Below the pieces are notes generated by a model. It had not been told where the DNA came from, ran no database searches, and was given only the letters and a program-made list of their open reading frames with translations. This document shows positions 56,525-64,000 of a stretch of DNA of 64,000 nucleotides, in pieces (positions within the stretch are counted from its first letter, which is position 1; each line of letters starts with the position of its first letter). Position numbers and translations under genes: made by a program. The stretch is from positions 1 through 64,000 of IMG/VR virus record IMGVR_UViG_3300034284_000578. One strand, written 5' to 3'. Source of the DNA: a virus.

Positions 56525-59002
56525 ATGGCAACATTCAGACAAAGAGGTAGAGAAAATAATGCAAAGGTGTTCATTAGTGATTTTGAAACTAAAACAAATA
56601 ACACTTATTTTATTTCAATTGGCAATGCTGTAACAAGTCCAGTTGCCTCGGTTACACGAGCAGCAGATACCATGCAAGCAGATCAAAATGCATGGAACAA
56701 TATGTTCTTTATGAACCAAATTTTCCGTTCAGATTTATCTCTAATGATAAAAAAGATAGATTGGATTTCCGGAACCAGATACGAGGCATTTGACAAAAAT
56801 AAAAATCAATATGAATTGAACGAAAAGTTTTACGCATATAATTCTGAAAACAATAGTGTGTATCTTTGTTTAGCAAGTCCCGAAAATGAAAACAGTGTAA
56901 GCACCTATCCACCAACAACTCAAGGTTTAAACCCAGAAGTTAAACCCGATGGATATACTTGGAAATTTTTGTATCAAGTTCGAGAAGAGAATCTAGAAAA
57001 ATTTGATTATCCCGGATTTCTACCAATAGAAAATGTAGGTGTTGAATTATATACAGACGAAAGAGTTTTACAACAAAATGTCGAGGTAAACACGGTAAAG
57101 GGTGCAATTGAATCGATTGATGTGGTTCAACAAGGTACTTCTTTCCCAGAAATAGTAAATAATAATTTTGTCTCGAATTTGTATTATGGTTATGCTACAG
57201 AAGATACTGTTGAGGGGGATGATATTCATACAGAATATTATTTTGACGCAGATCTTGAAGGAAGAACAGAACTTTCAAGAGTTGCCAATTTTTATGATAA
57301 TAACTATATAATACATTTTAAAAATGGTTACACTGCATTAATAGAAGAAACAGAAACAGTTACAAATCCCACATCGGGCAATCCTGCTATCAGATTTAAA
57401 ATATGTAATCTATTGTACGATTTAGGTTCATTTTCAGGTGATATTGAATTTATAATACCACCACTAAACGAACCATTTTGTATTATTCCTTATATAAGAG
57501 TAATTGGTAATGGTTCGGATGCGGTAGCAATACCTGTATTTGATCTTGATAAGAAAATTACAAGAGTAGATTTAATCTATAATGGAAAAAACTATACTTA
57601 TGCTGAAGCAAAGTTTTTAGTAAATTCCACTACAATTTTAAGCCCAGTTTTGGGATTAAATGGATTGACATCCAATATAGTAAAACTTCTTGGTGCAAAA
57701 CATGTAATGATATCCAAGAAAATTAAACCAATTACTACATTATCACAATCAGATCCAATACTATATTCTTCTGTAGAAAATACAGGAGTTGTATATAGCG
57801 GAGATCAGTATCTAGATGTTGTTTCTGAAAATACATATTACACTCAATTTTGTTTAATTAAAAATCCTAAGATTTTAAATATCAACACCAATTTACAAGA
57901 AATTGCCGGTTCGACTATTTCCGAAATACGAGAAATGGTAATAGAATCCATAGATCCCAAAGTAACTATAGTTGTTGGTACTCCACTTAATCCATATACA
58001 AATAGTACAAACTTTTTTGAAGTAGATGACATAATTGTTCGGGGACCAGATTCTAGACCAGATCAATTTCAAGCAAAAATAACAAATGTTTCTGTAAGTG
58101 GAATCAGTACGACTGTAGAGTGCGATTTAATTAATGGTGCATTTGAAACATATTCTGGTTATAGAATAAAAAACAATAAAAATACCTCTACAGATTTTTC
58201 CGATGATGAGTTTTTTCAATTTTTAGATTGTGAAGAAAATTGTTCAAATTCCATTTATGCAACCTATACCAATGTTTTTAATCCCACAGACTTTTCTTCG
58301 GATGATGCGCTTTTTGGGACAAGCAGTTATAAAAGTGCAGAAATATACCCACCCTTAAGTGGATATGTTTTTGTTAATCCTGTATATCCAAATAGAGCAA
58401 AAGTAAAAGTAAAAGATGCCGAACTTGGTTTCTTGCCGGCAAGATATGTAGATGGGGAATTTGTGCCTGGTGAAACTATAATTGGATTAAAAGATGTATT
58501 GGGTGTACCAACCATCACGGCAAAAGGTTCTCTAGTATCAATTAGTGAACCCACAGAAATATTGTCGGAAACCTCATTTGGTTATGCTTATATTTTAAAA
58601 TGTACCGTCAATCGTCCGGGTGCAGACACTATATACGATTTAGTTAATGAAGATGGTGTTTCTTTAGAAACTAATACCATTATAAAACAACCAAGCACTG
58701 GTGCTATTGGAAAAATAATTAGAGTGGGATTACCAACAGGCACGGATGGTTCCAGCACTGTATATCTTTATGTTAACAATTATAACGATAAATCTTTTTA
58801 TGCTTCTTCATCAATACTACAAACAATTAATGATTTATACGATCCAACAACTGCTGAAAATATGAATATTTACGTTCAGGAAGTTATTTTTAATCCAAGA
58901 CTTGTTCCATACTCTGGTGATTTGTTATATATAAATGATGCAGGTCCTGTGCAAAGACGAGTAGAAAATTCTGAAATAATAAAACTTTTAATAGAGTTCT
59001 GA
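56525..59002 (+). CDS. Baseplate wedge gp8, extended
   Basis: W.SGTRY, VYLCL, DGYTWKFLY, SGDLLYIND...R....E.IKLLIEF. Confidence 0.85.
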   Translation: MATFRQRGRENNAKVFISDFETKTNNTYFISIGNAVTSPVASVTRAADTMQADQNAWNNMFFMNQIFRSDLSLMIKKIDWISGTRYEAFDKNKNQYELNEKFYAYNSENNSVYLCLASPENENSVSTYPPTTQGLNPEVKPDGYTWKFLYQVREENLEKFDYPGFLPIENVGVELYTDERVLQQNVEVNTVKGAIESIDVVQQGTSFPEIVNNNFVSNLYYGYATEDTVEGDDIHTEYYFDADLEGRTELSRVANFYDNNYIIHFKNGYTALIEETETVTNPTSGNPAIRFKICNLLYDLGSFSGDIEFIIPPLNEPFCIIPYIRVIGNGSDAVAIPVFDLDKKITRVDLIYNGKNYTYAEAKFLVNSTTILSPVLGLNGLTSNIVKLLGAKHVMISKKIKPITTLSQSDPILYSSVENTGVVYSGDQYLDVVSENTYYTQFCLIKNPKILNINTNLQEIAGSTISEIREMVIESIDPKVTIVVGTPLNPYTNSTNFFEVDDIIVRGPDSRPDQFQAKITNVSVSGISTTVECDLINGAFETYSGYRIKNNKNTSTDFSDDEFFQFLDCEENCSNSIYATYTNVFNPTDFSSDDALFGTSSYKSAEIYPPLSGYVFVNPVYPNRAKVKVKDAELGFLPARYVDGEFVPGETIIGLKDVLGVPTITAKGSLVSISEPTEILSETSFGYAYILKCTVNRPGADTIYDLVNEDGVSLETNTIIKQPSTGAIGKIIRVGLPTGTDGSSTVYLYVNNYNDKSFYASSSILQTINDLYDPTTAENMNIYVQEVIFNPRLVPYSGDLLYINDAGPVQRRVENSEIIKLLIEF

Positions 59003-59009
59003 GGAAAAT

Positions 59010-60944
59010 ATGACTTTTAAGAATCCAGATTTTAGTTCAAATTCACCATATTATGATGATTTTGAGGAAGCAAAGAACTTTCTAAAAATACTTTTTAAGC
59101 CTGGATATGCAGTTCAAGCCAGAGAACTGACACAACTGCAAACTATTTTGCAATCTCAAGTTGCAAAATTTGCTGATCATATTTTTCAAGATGGTAGTCA
59201 AGTTTTTGGTGGTAAAATACAAATTGTTAATACACCTTATGTTCGTTTAGAAAAATATACACAATCCACCATAGGTGCTACGACAAATTTAGCAAACGAT
59301 TATTTAACAAATCTTCCTACCAATTTATTAAAAGTTTATAGCAAATCTGGAACAACATTTACCGAATTAGCAACAGTAAAAATATCGTATTTTGAACCAT
59401 CCGGTTATTCTGCTGCTGATGATTATGCTGTTGCATTTTATAATGTAATTTCTATTGCAGAAACTCAAAACGGTACATTTGATATGCAACGGGAATATTA
59501 CATTGGTTCTTCCACTGCTGGACCATTTGTAAAAGTTATAAATCCAACACAACAAACAACAACACCAGTTCAATATACAGTTGAACCATTCGGAAATGGT
59601 TACTTAGTAACTGTGGATGATGGTATTTTTTACATAGATGGTTATTTTGTAACTACACAAAAACAAACAATATCTCTATTTAAAAAATCTTCTCAGTATG
59701 AATCTGATTTTAGTATTGACACCGGATTAACATATAACTGGGCAAGTCAAGGTGTCAGATTATTTAATAAACCATCACACAGAATTGGTTATACTATAAA
59801 TCGTCAAATTGTTACTGCTACAGAAGATAGTACTCTAAATGATCCAGCGCGAGGATTTTATAATTACAATGCACCGGGTGCCGATAGATACAAAATTTCT
59901 CTAGAACTTACTCAAATTGAATATCGTTCTGGTATTGTAGATATTGATAATTATGTTACAACCGATTTCATCCAAATTTTAAGAACAACAAATGGTGTAG
60001 TAGATTACATCAAAGATAAATCTTCTTATTCGCAGATTTTAGATTTATTTGCAAAAAGAACTCAAGACGAATCTGGTTCTTATACAGTTAAACCATTCAT
60101 TGCTGAAGTAAAAAATCATTTAAGAAAAGATAGATATGTTTTAACAGTTAGCAATGATTCAATTACAAGTATGTTTCCGGCTACATCTTTTAGACCAGCA
60201 ATAGATGGTTATGTGTGGGCGGGTTCTGCTGCATTTAATCCATATACTTCACCTTCATTAGCAAATGAACCATTTGTTATTGCAAAAATTGTGGATGTCA
60301 TTGGTGATTATGATGCAAGTTTAGCAACACCAAAATCATTAAAAATTGTGGTCGAATTGCAAAATGCAAATAAATTTGCATTTGGACCTGCTTCGTATTT
60401 CTTAAAAAATACAAGCACTGGTGCCATAACTGGATTTAATATAAGTGGTGTTGAATTACAAATAGATTCTAAAGGAACCTATTCCTTATCAGATGTGCCT
60501 GTTGGTGATCCAACTAAGATGACAATTACAATGCAACCCGGAAAGGCATATGTTTATGGTTATAATTATGAAACATTTGCACCAAGAAGCGTTGATTATG
60601 TTATAAATGGGAATCAAACAGATATAAAGGTAGTTACTGGTCAAAATGTAGAATTTGAAGTTGGAAATTATGTTAAAGGTGTATTTGTACCAAGAATAAC
60701 AACAAATACTATAAATTATGAACAAATGCCTTCTTTGGATTTGGTTGATGTTGATACAAATACATTTTTGATTTATCCTGCAAATACAACTACAGCAGAA
60801 AGAAGAATATATGCATGGGCCCCATTCCTTGGAGCAAGTGAAGATATACAAGGTGACATGATTGATATGGTGTATTTAACCGATAGTGAAGGATTAGATG
60901 GTGCGAGATTTCCACACGAAAGCGTAATCTTTGTGGCCGAATAA
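59010..60944 (+). CDS. DUF4815 / VrlC-like virion structural protein (N-terminal portion)
   Basis: PYYDDF...ILFKPGYAVQARELTQLQ, APGADRYKI, RTQDESGSY, PGKAYVYGY. Confidence 0.85.
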   Translation: MTFKNPDFSSNSPYYDDFEEAKNFLKILFKPGYAVQARELTQLQTILQSQVAKFADHIFQDGSQVFGGKIQIVNTPYVRLEKYTQSTIGATTNLANDYLTNLPTNLLKVYSKSGTTFTELATVKISYFEPSGYSAADDYAVAFYNVISIAETQNGTFDMQREYYIGSSTAGPFVKVINPTQQTTTPVQYTVEPFGNGYLVTVDDGIFYIDGYFVTTQKQTISLFKKSSQYESDFSIDTGLTYNWASQGVRLFNKPSHRIGYTINRQIVTATEDSTLNDPARGFYNYNAPGADRYKISLELTQIEYRSGIVDIDNYVTTDFIQILRTTNGVVDYIKDKSSYSQILDLFAKRTQDESGSYTVKPFIAEVKNHLRKDRYVLTVSNDSITSMFPATSFRPAIDGYVWAGSAAFNPYTSPSLANEPFVIAKIVDVIGDYDASLATPKSLKIVVELQNANKFAFGPASYFLKNTSTGAITGFNISGVELQIDSKGTYSLSDVPVGDPTKMTITMQPGKAYVYGYNYETFAPRSVDYVINGNQTDIKVVTGQNVEFEVGNYVKGVFVPRITTNTINYEQMPSLDLVDVDTNTFLIYPANTTTAERRIYAWAPFLGASEDIQGDMIDMVYLTDSEGLDGARFPHESVIFVAE

Positions 60945-60980
60945 TTAACGGATACACATAAATAAGATAAAAGGGTAAAA

Positions 60981-63900
60981 ATGGCATTAACAACAGAAAC
61001 AGATAACGGTTATAAGAATGGTTTGTCAAACGAACTCATGAGAGTTTCGGGTGAAACTAGTCAAGCAACATACACTGCGAGTTGTTTTTCTGACAAGGTT
61101 CCCGATGTCATTAGAATTAACTTTTTAGATCCATTTAGAGGGAACTTTAGAACTGCTTACGATCCAACCCGAACAAATCTGGATGAAAGTTTAGATGGAC
61201 AAAGAGGGTTTCGTGAAGAAATATTTTTAGAAGCAACAAGTCAAGGTAATTATGATATTTTAAAACATTTTAGAGTTAAACAAATTGACGGTTTAACTGG
61301 TAATGTTGTAGCAGAAGGTATTCCTTTAAGATGGGTTCCACCATCAGCAGATGGAAGAGGTGGAACGTTATTCATAAAGGTACTATATCAAGATTTACCA
61401 AATCCTACAACTTTTAATCAAGCAAATGGTGTAATATATTGTGACGCAATTGATCAATTTACATATGGTGGGAAAACATATAGTGGTAATCCAATATCCG
61501 TTGGTACTACAATTAAATCTATACAAACAGTTTCTAACGTTTATAAACTAACAAGCGTTGAGGCTTATAATAGTGCCCCATCCACTCTACCTTGCGTTGG
61601 TGGTACAGAAGGTGTAATTACTTTGGGTAAAGGAATATATCAAAGCGGTCAAAGAGTAGTTTTGAAAGAATTATTAGCCGCAAATGGTTCTCCATGTACT
61701 AGTAGTTTTTCAGGTACGGGTGTAGTAATATCATCCACAATTGATACACTATCACAAAAAGTTTCGGTTTTCGTGGAGTTTGATCAACCACTAAACGATA
61801 CTGCTGGAGAGAACGGCAATTGTTCGAATTGTACAAATACATCTGAAAGACTAGTTCTCTGCACAGGAGATGCTTCTGGTAGTTGCTTATCATCATGTTG
61901 CATATATTCTATCGATAACGTTAGAAAAATAAGTACACCAGAGTGTGGTACTGTACAAAAAATATATTTTTCGGATGAGATTGCAGAAACCGGAGAATTT
62001 GTGCCTGGTAGAGAACTCTATCAATGGAAATATGAAAATTGTGGAAACCATCCCGGTAATGCGGCATTTTATACCACAAAACAAGCAGATGCTCAATCTA
62101 AAATTGTCGGTGAATATTTAAATTGGGATACGGCGACTAAAGTTCTTTATGTTCTTTGTCCAAATTCTATAATGCAAATTAAGTACGGAAACGTATATCA
62201 ATTAACAGAAACAGGAACTTTATTGTCTAGAGGTAGTGGTATATCTCCAACCAGTAAATTTGAAAGAAGAACAGGTTCATTTGTAAATCTGAGAAATACC
62301 ACAGAAACACCAACCTATATTTCTGGTAGAGAATATCAACAAGTTTGGGACAGTACATCAGGAGGAGAGTTACTGGTTCAAACATTGACCAGTACTTCAA
62401 CTTCATATAATACAAACTATGAATATGTAATTGGTGAAACTGTATTGCAAGCACTTACTGAAGATTTTGATGGTAATGTTGTTGGTTATGCTGCTGGTAC
62501 TGTTGTAGATTGGCAACCAAATACAACGGCTCTCGATAGTGTTCCAAGTATATTAACTATTAAAAGAAAGAAAATTGGTACAGAAAATCCTTTATTCATT
62601 GATACAAATGATCCATTAATTCCAGCCACAACAGAACTTGCTCGTTTTAGATTTGGTACAAATCTTGCACCAACCACTACAGGTACACTATTAAAAAATA
62701 CAAAAAGAAATATTCTTCCTTTGCGTGTGTTTGAAACAGTAAATACCACAGGAAATATAGCAACAGACTGGTATGATTTTAGTTCTGAAAATGTTGTTCA
62801 GAACTCCACAACAACTGAACTAACTGATACTGTTGTCGTTGCTTCTATAGGAACGATTGCTAAAGGATCATCAATAGGTTCTACCAGAATAAAGGCAATA
62901 AAATTAAATGCAGGAAATGTTTACGATATTTCGTTGATGAATACAAATATATTCTATAATGAGCCTGTTTCATTTAAAGATGTAACTCAAATTGGTAAAT
63001 CAAATATTTTAACAAATACTACTGGTGTGTCATATAGTTCAATTGAACCAGTTATAGAAGTACAACAAGACTATATTAGTGGTGAATATGTAACTAGAAT
63101 ATTTAATCCTACCTCAGATAAACAAATAATACCATTACCAGCAGGCGATGTAATTGAAAATGTAACGTCTGGATCTGGTAATTTTGGTTCTACTTTATTA
63201 ACAATACAACAAATTTTTGATGTAAATTTCCCATCAAATAGTGCAGAAGTTTTCATTGAAGGTAATATTAATGGTGCAGAATTTCCTAGTACATTTTCCA
63301 CAACATATTCATTTGCAATAGATCAACTTGGTAATAGTTTAAATTTGGTTAAATATAACAATTTAGCAGCTGCTAATGCTGAACCTTCAGACAACAATAC
63401 ACTGTATTATGATGTAATTGTAGCAGATGATGCAAATGTTGGTATAAAATTTAAGAAAAAATCAACAAGTACTGTTACTAGTATTATCTTTGGTTCTGAA
63501 GTAAAGTGTTCTGCATCAAATGTTATAAAGGAAAAACGACAAAAAACATTTAATGCTACAACTTATTTGACGTACAATACGTCTGGGCCATTTAAAGATA
63601 AATGGACTGCGATTATTCCCATTACAGGCGCTATTGATGTTTATAAATTAAATTCTGTTTTTGGTGTTTCCGGAACATCTTCACTTACAATAATTACAAA
63701 CAATGTAAAAGATTGGTTCGGTATTTCAAAGGAAACAGACGATTATTTGTATAAACCAAGTATTTTAGTTCTAAACGGAAACGGTGTCACAACAAATACA
63801 AATACTGATCCAAATCAAGGACCAATAACACCAACTGTACCAACTTTTGGTTTATTTGAGCGAGAAGGACTAACCGAAAATTATAGAGTAAAAATTAGAG

Positions 63901-64000
63901 TTAATGGTCTTGGATATGAAGGACCAACAGGTGGGGGAATTGTAGTCAGAGAATCTTATAAAGATACTAATGGTAATCTTTTAAGTGTTAAAAATATTCC
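60981..64000 (+). CDS. Large virion structural protein, truncated by the window end
   Basis: ATG at 60981 after CATAAATA; reads MALTTETDNGYKNG...; first ~120 codons checked by eye, and the absence of a closed plus-strand ORF in the track implies it runs to the edge. Confidence 0.7.
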   Translation, partial: MALTTETDNGYKNGLSNELMRVSGETSQATYTASCFSDKVPDVIRINFLDPFRGNFRTAYDPTRTNLDESLDGQRGFREEIFLEATSQGNYDILKHFRVKQIDGLTGNVVAEGIPLRWVPPSADGRGGTLFIKVLYQDLPNPTTFNQANGVIYCDAIDQFTYGGKTYSGNPISVGTTIKSIQTVSNVYKLTSVEAYNSAPSTLPCVGGTEGVITLGKGIYQSGQRVVLKELLAANGSPCTSSFSGTGVVISSTIDTLSQKVSVFVEFDQPLNDTAGENGNCSNCTNTSERLVLCTGDASGSCLSSCCIYSIDNVRKISTPECGTVQKIYFSDEIAETGEFVPGRELYQWKYENCGNHPGNAAFYTTKQADAQSKIVGEYLNWDTATKVLYVLCPNSIMQIKYGNVYQLTETGTLLSRGSGISPTSKFERRTGSFVNLRNTTETPTYISGREYQQVWDSTSGGELLVQTLTSTSTSYNTNYEYVIGETVLQALTEDFDGNVVGYAAGTVVDWQPNTTALDSVPSILTIKRKKIGTENPLFIDTNDPLIPATTELARFRFGTNLAPTTTGTLLKNTKRNILPLRVFETVNTTGNIATDWYDFSSENVVQNSTTTELTDTVVVASIGTIAKGSSIGSTRIKAIKLNAGNVYDISLMNTNIFYNEPVSFKDVTQIGKSNILTNTTGVSYSSIEPVIEVQQDYISGEYVTRIFNPTSDKQIIPLPAGDVIENVTSGSGNFGSTLLTIQQIFDVNFPSNSAEVFIEGNINGAEFPSTFSTTYSFAIDQLGNSLNLVKYNNLAAANAEPSDNNTLYYDVIVADDANVGIKFKKKSTSTVTSIIFGSEVKCSASNVIKEKRQKTFNATTYLTYNTSGPFKDKWTAIIPITGAIDVYKLNSVFGVSGTSSLTIITNNVKDWFGISKETDDYLYKPSILVLNGNGVTTNTNTDPNQGPITPTVPTFGLFEREGLTENYRVKIRVNGLGYEGPTGGGIVVRESYKDTNGNLLSVKNI

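Noticed and set aside
45915-63301. Many short alternative-frame ORFs inside the structural genes
   Set aside because: Shadows of long, well-supported plus-strand CDSs
1-64000. Stop-codon reassignment
   Set aside because: Conserved genes are full length in code 11, TAA, TGA and TAG all end genes, and no suppressor tRNA is seen
1-64000. Diversity-generating retroelement, intron, intein or transposon
   Set aside because: No reverse transcriptase, template/variable repeat pair, splicing motif or transposase recognised by eye

Overview
A 64-kb segment of a large, AT-rich T4-like myophage genome, with no cellular housekeeping context. It has four blocks. (1) 0.5-8 kb: late-promoter (TATAAATA) driven small proteins, several with T4 internal-protein-like N-termini, plus host-derived genes (S8 subtilase with a GC-type dockerin tail, an outer-membrane beta-barrel, guaC). 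(2) 8-18 kb: an RNA/translation island with 14 tRNAs (including rare Ile-UAU and Ser-ACU), an aberrant tRNA-like RNA, a circularly permuted two-piece tmRNA, at least two unassigned structured ncRNAs, a Zn deaminase, a SpoU/TrmH methyltransferase, a cyclic-phosphate receiver protein and a DksA/TraR Zn finger. (3) 18.5-30.1 kb: a 15-gene glycosyltransferase/methyltransferase/epimerase operon, followed by gp33 and gp32. (4) 31-64 kb: the tail/baseplate module (tape-measure-like, gp51, gp26, gp54-like, gp2, gp4, gp48, gp53, hub, split gp5, holin-like, gp25, gp6, gp7, a 3556-aa mosaic protein, gp8, DUF4815/VrlC-like, and a truncated ORF). The dockerin tail and a VPAP-type PEP-CTERM tail point, by inference, to a Planctomycetota (Phycisphaerales-like) host. 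The most notable observations are the permuted phage tmRNA, the ~280-nt unknown ncRNA, the unusual tRNAs, and a probable -1 frameshift joining gp26 to a start-less gp51. All calls are by eye from motifs and synteny; no searches were run.
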